Shown here piece by piece: positions 51,328 through 62,720 of a stretch of DNA of 64,000 nucleotides; the first letter of the stretch is position 1, and the number at the start of each line of letters is the position of its first letter. This DNA comes from Nageia nagi (Eukaryota > Plantae > Pinophyta): NCBI GenBank assembly GCA_050084985.1, contig JBITNC010000001.1, forward strand, positions 97,402,001 through 97,466,000, given 5' to 3'. Both the position numbers and the translations under genes were made by a program. The notes beneath the pieces are model-generated. The model saw nothing but the letters and a program-made list of their open reading frames with translations, was not told where the DNA came from and made no database searches.

Positions 51328-51894
51328 AGTATGTCTACTCATATTTCAGGTGCTAAGCTTAACTTATTTTGTATGGATTTTTCTCGTCATCATATCACTT
51401 TCATAGATGCTAAAGTTGAATTTGATAGGGATAATTTTAGCCATAAATATTCACTAATAAGCGAATTTTAGAAATTATAAAATTAGAAAATAGCAAATTT
51501 TTTGGTATAGAATAGTCATGTCGCCAAGTTAAATATAATTTTTTATTATTTTTTCTTGCCCGGATAACCAAGTTAAATATTTTAAATTAAATTTTTATTA
51601 AATCACCAATAGTTTGAAATAATAATTAGCCGAATTTGCCTTGAAATTACAAATTATTATTTATATTTTGATTAAATCACCCCATGTAAATACCTTACTC
51701 TAAATAATAAATATGATACATCCATTTTTATTTTCTTCTGGATGAATCTCCTTTGAGTGAGCATATCAACAAAGCTTATGGGATCTAAAAAGAGTTGCAA
51801 TAATTGGTGAGGTCTTATTTCAAATCTTATTATATTTCATAATTTGTAATTCACATTTATCTTCGAATGGTAACAAATACCTTTAAATAGTCTA

Positions 51895-52102
51895 AGTTGA
51901 CTTTAAATAGTAGCATCTACCTTTGGATTGTAGCATTCTACCTTTGAATGGTACCAAGCTACTACCATATGGTAGCACTTTGCAATAGCCTAGTGGCAAC
52001 ATGTGATTGCTTGGTGGTAATTTGCAATTAGGCGGTAGTAGGATGCTATCGGGTGGTAGTAGGTTGCTACTGGGTGATAGCAGGTTGCTACTAGATGGTA
52101 AC
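51895..52102. repeat. Subterminal 21-bp repeat array (GGTAGCAnnnTGCTAC core), left
   Basis: GGTAGTAGGATGCTATCGGGT / GGTAGTAGGTTGCTACTGGGT / GATAGCAGGTTGCTACTAGAT plus degenerate copies. Confidence 0.8.
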
Positions 52103-52182
52103 AAAATTTTCAATAGCTTTATAATTTTCATCTATATGGTACAATATCAAATTTTTTTATTCAAATGTTAATTTTAGATACT

Positions 52183-54800
52183 ATGGACTCTAAGAACAAT
52201 AGTAAAAGGGGATGAAAAAAGGATATATTATCTTATTTTGCTAATGGACAGTCAGAAAATGAAGGAACTCATCGAACATCTTCAATTGATACAAGTACTT
52301 TTTTTAACTATAATTTTTAATGTGAGACTTGAAATTCTAAATTTATTCATATATTGAAAATGCATTGTGATGATGATGATATACCACCTAATAATAAAAA
52401 ATACACTTTTATTTTCAATATGCAGAAAACCCCAATAATCATGTACCACCTGATTTTGTTCTACTTGATGTACAACCACTTGCAATTGAGTACCTATAAA
52501 TGGACCACCTTTACATGATGATAATCCTAACCCATATATAGAAAACAAGTCCACAAAAATGTATGGATAAATCTACAGATAGATCTACAAAAAAAATCAA
52601 AATTTGAAAAGAAAAAGAAGTGCAAAATGGACTATTGGAAGAGTTTTCAGGTTGATTGGGCAACAAAATATCTATTCATTGAACCAATTGATCCTGGTGA
52701 TGGAAATGATCCAAAAAAATGCAAATGTATGATATGTTTTTTGGCAAAAAAAAGAGAACATCGAATGCAATTGAAAATAGATACAATACAAAAACATTAT
52801 GGTAAATTATATTACAACAAAATAGATGAGAATGGATAGACAATTAAGTGTTGCAAGGATAAAATTGAAGATGAATGCAATAACTTATGATATAAAGTGG
52901 AATATGAGAGGTACATGAAAGAAAAAAAAGATCTACAAGAGAAAGGTGGAACACTAGAAACACATTTTGAAAAAATTATTGATGCAAAAAGGTCAACAAA
53001 ATTTACTCATTTTGTACTATTTTTTAAATTCTTAAATAGGGTAGACCTATTGCAGATTTTATAAATTTTTAAAGTTTATATCAAAGAGTTGGATTACAAA
53101 ATGTACTGTAAAAATATTCATCAGAGATAAGTGCTTGAGAAATGGCAAAATATTTATCAATGGTTGAGATTGAGAATTTAAAATAAAATTAAAAATCACA
53201 ATTTATTTCACTTTCACTTGATGAAGTTACAACAATGAATAATACTTCATAGGTTTGTATGCATGTATACATTTTTCAAAATAATTGTAGGATACCACAT
53301 CTATTAAATGTTTATAAAATGGATGAAAATTGCAATGCAAAAAATCCTTATAAGTTAGTTATTTCTAACGTAAAAGATTTTGTTGGAACGGATGATTATG
53401 AAATTGCTACAAAATTGATATGTATTGGAGCAGATGGTGCATCAGTAATGCAAGGTAATCAAAATGTTCTTTATGTTAGAGTACAAACTTTAGTATCTCC
53501 TTATATGATTCCCATTCACTATATGGCACATAGAATGAACCTTGCATATAGAATTATCAGCACTTTTATAAGCATATCAAAAGTGGAAGAGCTTATTCAT
53601 GACTTGCATTAATATATCGCAAGAAGCCCAAAAAGATATAGAGAGTTCAAAACTTTTTCTATTGGAATAACTGATGGAAATAAACTTTTAAAAGATAGAG
53701 ATACAAGATGGATTTCATTGTATGAACCAACAAAAAGAGTTTTTATTAAATATCCATCTTTAACTGGTTATATGTATCAACACCGTAATGCGGTTGATAA
53801 AGCAAAAGATTTACTATCCATTTAACAAATTTTTAAATATTGCTAACATTATACAAAATTCTTTCAATGTTATAGAAAATCAATACTTTAATGAAATATG
53901 CTCAAGAAAGATCGATATATATATCTGATTTCATGTATTTGAGAAAATAAGTATCTTTATCTTTGGATATGCTTTATACAGATGTAAACAGTTTTAAAGG
54001 TCCTTTATTTCAAAGATAGAAAACTTTGACAAATCTTAAATATCCAAACAATTTTTTAAAATTTAATATTAGTGATCATGTTTGTATAGAGGTGAAAGGA
54101 AAGTTAATACCGTTGCATGTTCAAAATATGTGAAGGGATTTGGTTGGAGCAGAATAAATCATCTTCTTTTTTATAATTGTATTAATGAGGCACGCGTTAA
54201 TTTGAGAAAGATTTGTACAACCTTAACTATTGAAATCCATGAATGATTTCAATGAGATGATTTCCTTGAATCAATGGTAGTTATGAACCTTAAATTTTGG
54301 AATATAGATAATGGTGAAAAATTAATTAATGATTTGTTTCGCAAAAACATGGTAATTCTTGAAACATATTTTGGTAAAATTGTAGAAATAAATGGATAAA
54401 AGATTAATGGTATTTGAAGTAAAGATTTGTTGACAAAACAAGCCAACCATTTTGGACTTGCTATGATTGAGCAATACTCTCTATTATTAGAACCAACACA
54501 AAATGGTGCCATTAAACATCTTTAGGTAAAACTTTATCCAAGTTCTGTTCTTCAAGATAATATTAGCGAGTATTTCAGATTATATGAATTGTGTCAAACA
54601 ATGATTTTGGTTCTATTAAAGACGAAAGGGTATTCAATGTTTTATCTTTTATTAAATCCAAGCTTTGAAATAAATTGGATAAAAACTTGGATACATGTAT
54701 TATTATATGTTTCCTCTTATGCTCTAGATTCTTTTTGATAGAAAGGGTAGTGGATCTTTGGTTTTCTATTGCACAAAGGAGAGGTGTAGACAATTGTGAA
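52183..54800 (+). pseudogene. hAT-superfamily transposase pseudogene (ZNF862/DUF4371-like with hATC dimerisation region)
   Basis: N-terminal KDILSYF, probable intron 52295-52425, zinc finger W..KY.F...KCMIC..H, SLSLDEVT, GADGASVMQG, IHYMAHRMNLA, DTRWISL and ERVFNVLSFIKSKL*NKL. Many stops and frameshifts. Confidence 0.85.
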
Positions 54801-55129
54801 GAAAATGCTCTAATAGAAAAGTACACACCAACAACAAAAAAAAGCCAAAACAGAACAAGTTTTCGAAGGGTTTGAATTTGAAATACTTAAGTAAAACATA
54901 TTGTTGAAGGGTTCAAATTTCAAATACTTATAGTTTTAGATCTTAGATTTTGCTTTGCTAATCAAATTGTTACATGTTATTGTTGAATTATAATTTTACT
55001 TAGTATATTTGTTTTGTTTATGTATGTTATTATTTACTTAGAATTTCAGTTAGTATATTTGTATTTTTCATCTAAAATATTTCTTACACCTTATTATTGA
55101 CTTATAATTAAATATTTATATATCAACTA

Positions 55130-55620
55130 TATAAATTTGAATAAACATAATATAACATTCAACATATTTTCAATTCAACATATTTCTATATCAACATAAA
55201 TTTGAACAACTATATAAATTTGAACAAACATAACATTCAACCATAATATAACATAATTTCCAACCATTACATAACATTCAACCATAATATAACATAACTT
55301 TCAACAATTACATAAATTTCAACCTTAATGTAACATTACATAAAATTTCAACCATAACATAAATTTCAAACATAACATAACCGTTACATACATTTCAACC
55401 ATAACCTAACATTACATAAAATTCAATTATAATATAAATTTTAAATATAACATAACCATTACATAAATTTCAAATATAACATAACCATCAAAGTATTCTA
55501 TATCAAACATAACATAACCATCAAAGTAGTCTAAACCATAGTGGTCTTAACAATAAACATAAAAACCATCAAAGTAGTCCCACAAGAACCATCAAAGTAG
55601 TAGAAAAGTCTTAACAAGAA
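55130..55620. repeat. Degenerate low-complexity tandem array between the convergent transposon genes
   Basis: Recurrent CATAACATAACCATTACATAAATTTCAA variants followed by four ACCATCAAAGTA copies. Confidence 0.8.
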
Positions 55621-55629
55621 CAAATCAAT

Positions 55630-58590
55630 CTAAGATCCCTCTCCCCCTTCTCTTCCTCCTGAATCCTTTGGCTCATCTAATAAAAGAATAATAAAATCAA
55701 CTGCTTTGGTAAGATTGCATAATATATTTCTTTCTAAAGAAGATGCATTGTCTAATGAAAGCAAAATCAGATTTGTAATGATTTTCTCTTTCCATAAGAT
55801 GTCTGGATAGAGTTGATGCATTGTCTAATGAAAGCAAAATCAGATTTGTAATGATTTTCTCTTTTCATAAGATGTATGGATAGAGTTGATGCACCTTGAT
55901 TGTGAAAATATAAGCATTATTCAATTTTTTCAATTGAGCCATTTCATCATTCATTTGAATGATCATAATGACACTTTTTTTTGGCAATTTTAAAATGAAT
56001 TCTAAACATTTGAACATCTTTTAGCAATTTGTCATATTTCACCTACAATCAAATAATAATATAAAAATCATAAACATGAATATGAAAATATTTTCAAAAC
56101 ATAAACAAAAAAATATAAAGATTGAAATTAAGAAAGTAAATTGTTACCTCAACTTATTTCTTTTGGGCCTTCACAATCTCTACCAAATTTTTATCTCTTA
56201 ACTAAAGGTAATAATAAGCTTGGGCCTCTGCATTTAAATTTTTTAAATGGTTGCACATGATACCCATAATGTTATCATCATATGCACATTAAACATTGAT
56301 TGAACCCATTTGTGTTTGAGGCCTTAAACTTCCTATTTTAGTAGGTTTGTTGAGAATGATTGTGATAATGGGTATTAATTTCCTTTATCAATGCTTTGGC
56401 CCATACTTCCCATCTATTTAAAGTATTGAAGTTATCCAAAAAAATGTTGTTCAACTGTGTCAAAGTATCATCTGAAACAAGTACATTCAATGAAAAGTAT
56501 GTGAGTTCTTCATCCATTTTACCAATAGTGTTCTCTATATTTTGTGGTGTTGCAGTATTTATCTATTGTAGATGAGAAATATTAACTTGAATCTGAATAA
56601 TATCATAGTTGCTCAACTAAGGATTTGAACTAGTATCCATCCCCAAATAATCCACATCCAAAGGTATATTTTGTAAATTGAAAATGCCAACACTCTATAC
56701 ATCCTCCAAATGAAGATTAGGAAAAGAATACATTCCTGATAAGTTCACCATTATGTGGCTCATGGAAGGAGCATCCCATTGTAAATTTAGGCATTTTCCT
56801 ACTCTTCTTGTGGAGACTAGATGTGGAATAGGTGGTGGAGGCATGGGTGACCTCCACTTTTGATAAATTAACCTACCATCTGTATCAATATTTTTTTATT
56901 ATGAAATATGAATTCATTTCTATGGGATAACAAGTCTACATAAAATAAAATCCAAAAATAGTTACATGATGGAGGTGTAAAGGATGTAGTTTGAATTGGC
57001 AAATTAGGTGAATATGCCATATCTTGATCTTGAACTATGATAATTGGAATAAAAACTGAATGAAAATTTAAAAAGATTTAACATCTATTTATAGACTTAA
57101 AGTCAATGTTACAAATATTTAAATAGAGCACACACACAATTGCAAAGTGCTATTGAATGGTAACACTTTGCTAGTATACGATTGCATAATGCTACCGCAC
57201 GGTAGCAGAGTGCTACTACACGGTAGCACCATTATATTATATAGGTATACAAAAATACCAATTTTAGTATATTACCTCCTTGTGTTGGACCTTCAATGAA
57301 TGGGACTTCTTCTCCAACTTCAAAATTTGAACTCCTTTCACGAAATCTTATCCCAAGAATAACAACATTGCCTTCTCCTACAACCATAACAATATGTTAA
57401 AAAAATTAAATAATTTAATAAAAAATTATCAATTAAAATGAAAAATACCTATATTCATTAAACATTCACCAATAGTAGGAGGTGATACATTCCTTATCCT
57501 CCTAGTAGAGGATCTTCTAAATATTAACAGACTTGAAGTGTCCACAGACTCATTATCACCATCGCTTTCAAAATGAACTCCTCTAAGTGTTGCTTCCCCT
57601 TTCTTTGATGTTTGTTTTGCCAAATGTTAAAACAATATAATTTTATTAATATTCATAAAATTTTAAACAATTTTTTAGATTCAAACATGTTAATTTAAAA
57701 TAAAAAATAACTATTTTGGTAAATACCAGAATTTCCTCTATTGGTAAAGCTAGAGCCATCATTTGTGAATCCAATGTTGTTGGAATTAGAGTTGTATTGA
57801 TTATATTATGAAAAGTTTCATGATAAAAAGCATAAAATATAATTTGTACATGATATATAACTACTATCATTCTAAATGGAAAAAGATAGATCATATTTAA
57901 TTCTATCTTAAACATATGAACACTAGTCAAATTTTTGACCACTCAACGCACAAAGGATGTAAACTATAGACCATAATGGAATGTTTGATATTTTTTCTTG
58001 CAAAATAATTCTAGATTGAAAATTAATAGATTGCTTTGAAGTAATCATGTGGGAAAGTTTAGTATACTATTCCCCTTTTGTTTCAACATTCTACATAAAA
58101 AAGATGCAAGTAATTAAAAAAGTAACTTTTAGTTATACATTAATAGACAAAATTAATTAAAATGAAATTTGAAAAACAACTAACCAATAGATTTGATTTG
58201 AATGTGGTAAGTTTCCTCTAAATAGGTTTATCTGCTAGAGATAAGAGAGCTTTAGATGTAACTTGGAATACATCATCACCATGATGTGGTAAACCATCAA
58301 CCGACTAATTCTGTAAGAGAAATACCAAAGGAAAAGCTTCTTGATTCTATAACCACATAAAACCTTGCTTGCTTCTATCATAAAACATACATATAAGATA
58401 GTTCCAATAAATTGGAATATATTTCAAATTGAGACATAAAAATAAGCCCTCTAAAGCTTGTCTGTCCACCCATTTGAGTAACATTGTGGGGTTAAAAAAA
58501 GATAAAATACTAGGGCATGATAAATTCCTATATGAAAATTGACGATTGGTGGATGATGAAGGATGAGATTTTATAAGAGAGTTAACATGG
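55630..58590 (-). pseudogene. Decayed multi-exon gene inside the transposon: weak plant-mobile-domain-like N-terminus, acidic/Ser-rich middle, charged C-terminus
   Basis: Short AT-rich GT-AG introns on the minus strand at 58091-58184, 57378-57448 and 56043-56147, with further donors at 57726 and 57275. Coding-like blocks include FYDRSKQGF...GLPHHGDDV, ESDGDNESVDTSS and FEVGEEVPFIEGPTQG. Confidence 0.55.
55742..55893. repeat. 73-bp tandem duplication (2 mismatches)
   Basis: GATGCATTGTCTAATGAAAGC...GGATAGAGTT at 55742 and 55815, bounded by GATGCA microhomology (third GATGCA at 55888). Confidence 0.92.
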
Positions 58591-58894
58591 TGGTAAAAAG
58601 ATTAAAAACTATGATTGAAGGTATAATATTGTAGGAAAAAATAAAGAAAATAAAAGCTTTGATAAGTTAGAATAATCTAAAACTACCAATTAAATCTTAT
58701 TTAATGAAAAAGTACATGTGGCATCCTACTATAGGCTAGAGAAAAGATTTGGGAGAAAATGATAGCTCTATACATATGGAGAAAATTATGGAATGAAGAA
58801 AATGAGTTATTTATTTCCTATATATAGGTAATTCACACATGGCAACATGATTTGAAAGTTGTCACATGGTGGAAGCAACAACATCCTACAAGCA

Positions 58895-59050
58895 TGCGAT
58901 GATAGCTTGTTATCGTGTGATAGTAGCCTACTACCATGCGATGGTAGATTGCTACCATGCAATAGTAATAACTAGCCTACTACCATTCGATGACATCCTG
59001 CTACTACTGATAGCATCCTACTATCGCCCAACGATAGCCTGCTATTGCTT
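58895..59050. repeat. Subterminal 21-bp repeat array, right (inverted relative to left)
   Basis: GATAGCATCCTACTATCGCC (~59009-59028) is a 19/20 reverse complement of GGCGGTAGTAGGATGCTATC (~52032-52051). Confidence 0.8.
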
Positions 59051-60799
59051 GCTTCAAATTCACTAAAACAATCTATTATTTTTTTCTCCAAATTTAAATT
59101 TGTATTTGTATTTTTAAATTTTTAATTGAAAATCACCTCTATTATGAATATAATTTGCCTAAAATGATCCTTGGAAAATCAAATCTAGCCTAGGTTTGAT
59201 CCACTCCCAGATTCTATCTACAATACTTGTTCTTTTGTTATATGCATATTTTAAGATGGTTGTTATGTTCAAACTCCATTTACTTGATTTGACTAGTGTA
59301 GGGATGATTTTTTGCTCCTGCCATATCAAAATTTGATAATCTAAGTATATATTTATCTTATATAAAATTCAATATCTCATACATTGTAGGTTAAACATTA
59401 CTGAAATATGTTGTTTCACAACATTACTTAAGGATAATGTTTCTATAGTATCATCATGGATAGACATTACCAGATTTAATGCATTTCAATTCCTTCAATT
59501 TAAATACAACTGTATTTTCACTCAAAACCAAAGGGTTCTAACCAAATAATTAAGACTACCCATTTATTATTAGTGATACTAAGGTAAATCCTTCAAGCCA
59601 TCTCATTAAACCAAGGTAAATGTTTCTTTAGGGATGAGAATTTGGATTTCGAATAATTCATATAAATTTGATTATGAATTATTATTATGTGATAACACTC
59701 TCTAAGCTTGTTACATCAATCATTTTAGGCATATAAATATGTTCATTTTTTTAACTAGACCCCCAACAAATCATTTAGGTAGCCTAACTTGTTAGGAATA
59801 AATACACCCTAAGAGTTTCTCATAATGGTTGAAAGAAAGAAGAGAATTATTATTATATATAAAGATCTTTATGATGAAGTTTTCTCAAAGAAAAGGGAAT
59901 GGTACATATATTGTTTAGCAGTAAATACATTATTTTAAAATTAATTATTAGCATCAAAAGCATTGCCATAAAATTTCTTTATTAAAATGGAAAAATATTT
60001 TTAACATGGGGAGAATACTAGCATAGATACATTCTCTTCTTAACAAAGAAAATGAGAAGAATAATATATATTTACTCAATTGTTAAAAGGACTAAGAATT
60101 TGTTCGAAAAATAATTGTTAGAAATAAAATTTATTTTAATCTTATGTATCACTTGATGCATTTATATCTTGGTCAATCTCTCAAGGAATTTTTATGTACA
60201 TCTATTTATTATTTTTTTTGGCAAACCTTTTTTCAATTTTAGAGATTAATACCTAAAATCTAAAACCTACATGGAAAGAGTATTGATTTGAACTCAAGCC
60301 TATATAATAGAAACTAACCACTTTACCAATTCACTTTTCATGGATAGGCTGTTCCACTTATTATAATTTAGGGAAACTAGCCATTAATTTGTAGGACTAT
60401 AAAATATTTTTAATAAGTAAATATATATCAATTAAGTATTTATATGACTTTAAATGTTGATTTTAACTTTATTATTGTTTCACAAAACATTAGAAAAAAT
60501 AAATAAATTTAATAAACATATAAAGTTTTTTCACAATGAATACATTAGTTTTTTTTAATAAAAGGATAAATTTTATCAAAAAATGGTGGATTTTATCAAA
60601 TCACCAAAACATTTCACAATGATAATGCATGTGAAACCTAATAAAATTTAATCATTATGTCCTAATAACTACCCATTTGTTACCTGGTGGTAGCCAAACT
60701 ACTGCTTAAAAGCTGATAATACTATACTAAGTACATATCCCTTAGCTGAAATACATGCAAAATATAGCTAAGTCACATTATTACCCTAGTTTACTAAGT

Positions 60800-62720
60800 A
60801 TTTGAGTTGGAGGGATGGACCTCTTCATTTGCATGATGCCTCATGATCATGCATCGATATCTCCTTCAAAAACTTCTTTCTTTCCATGGTGGAGTCAAAT
60901 TGTTTATTCCTCTTCCTCTTAGCATTTGCATTTATCATAACATCTTGTTTGATGATAGAATGGGTTGGACAACAATTGGAATGGGGGCATGAAGTATAGT
61001 CATACCTTACTCTTTGTTACCAAGTTGCTCCTTAGTTGTATCTTCTCTCTTTTCATCTTCATAATTTTTAGGTTCTTCTTCCCCTTTTATTCCATCTAAA
61101 GTCACATCCTCTTTATCATCATTGGATAACTCAACATTTTCTAGTAGCTCCTCTACTTTACCCTAACTTATCTTCTCAACTATAGGTTCTTTCCATTCGA
61201 CCTCTTCAACTTGCATTTTACCATATTCTTCTTGAGCACTTCATCTTTCCCCTTATTAGAGGCCACTTCTTAAGTGTTAGATTTTCTTTCCACAATATAA
61301 GCTACTTGCTATTTAGGTATCTCATCTTAGTTCCACATGTTATACCAAAGAAGGGGCTTCCTCATCTTGGTTCTCTTCGTCTTCATTTCCTTTATACTCA
61401 TTGTTCCCCCTTTCTCCCTCTATATTGGCTTCCTAAAGGCTTTCACATGATTCTCTGTAATTATCTTCCAACTCCTCAATCTCTTCATCTTGCTTGTGTT
61501 TGGGTAAGAATTTAGACTCCTCAATTTCCACTTTTCCCTAAGCATCCTGTTTTACATTTTCCTTCTACAAAATGCTAGGGGTTATCGAATTCTCCAAAAC
61601 CTCTTCTATGATGACCTTATTTTGATATTTCTTCTCCTCGTCATGAATGTTCATCACTGTGTTGGGTCTCTTTTCAAAATTTTTCTTCTTCATATGGGGA
61701 TTCCCCCTTCTTCATTAACCCCTTGCTAGTATTTTGACTTCCCCCTCTAAATTAACCATAGTAGGGGTATCCCTTATGATTCCTTTCCCCTTTCCCTCCT
61801 TAAAATGGCTTATTCTCTTCTTCAAAGTTTCCTCCTTTGGAAGATAGTTAACAGTAGGTTGGGAAACAAAACCCTCCTTATATATGAGGTAAATTAAGCC
61901 CTAGTATCTAGGATCCTCCATTTCCCTTTTCTCACTCTTTCTAAAAATATACTTAGGGGAAATTAGACAATTAAGAAGCAAATTTAATGCAACATTCACC
62001 CTCTCCCCTCCCTAATGGAAATGATTAAGTAGTAGAAAATGGGTTCCAAAACCCATGGTATATCGACCATAAGGTAAAATATCTAATTATCCATTCATTC
62101 ATTATGTTCCATGGATCTAAAAATTCTTTTAACACATACCTAGTGCCCTCCTTAATCAAAATTTCACCTTCAGCAAAGAAAGCATCAAGTTTTGATTACT
62201 TTTCCTTTTCAATTGGGAAGAGCAATTAGATCCATGCTTTCTTTATTTAACCAATTTGATTTCATCCATTTCCTAATTAAATCAATACCTAGTTGAATTC
62301 CTACAAATCAACTTATTAGAGTATTTTTGTATCTATCCGATTCTCCCCCACTATTATCTTTGGGACTACAATCCTAGCTTCATTATCCATAATCTTTGTT
62401 TTTAATATAATCTTGATTTCTTTCATCAGTTCTTCTCTATCATAATTGAATATGTTAATCCATTTTTTGGTGAGCTTTTTACTAGTTTTCTATTTGACCC
62501 TTTTTCATTCCCCCTTAGGAATTGCTCGATCGCATTACAACTATGGTTTGTTCTTCCTATTTTATAATTTTGAATACATTCTTTCATAAAATTAAGTAAT
62601 GATAATATAAACATTTTGAAGATTGAAATTGGTATAAGGGTGGCCCCTCCTAATCCATGGGGATTAAGCTTCTTCCATTTTGTATCAAATATTCTTCTTT
62701 GTTTAGTATTACTAGAGGAA
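60800..62720 (-). mobile_element. Decayed retroelement remnant: possible integrase tail plus extra ORF
   Basis: Minus-strand RIFDTK..KKLNPHGLG..PY at ~62630-62700. GRYTMGFGTHFLLLNHFH..ERVNVALNLL...GLIYLIY at ~61880-62075, followed by a Glu/Lys-rich tract. Confidence 0.4.

Larger units (their letters stand above)
51405..59192. mobile_element. Decayed two-gene DNA transposon: hAT-type transposase (+) and convergent multi-exon gene (-)
   Basis: Degenerate ~90-bp inverted ends at ~51405-51500 and ~59095-59192. Mutually inverted 21-bp subterminal arrays at 51895-52100 and 58895-59050. No TSD found and ends are approximate. Confidence 0.6.

Noticed and set aside
51892-52131. Leu/Pro-rich heptad ORF (and ORF 58866-59066) as proteins
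   Set aside because: Artefacts of translating the 21-bp DNA repeat arrays.
51452-59298. CACTA element (CACTA at 51452, TAGTG at 59294-59298)
   Set aside because: The match does not extend beyond 5 nt, there is no 3-bp TSD, and the transposase is hAT-type rather than Tnp2.
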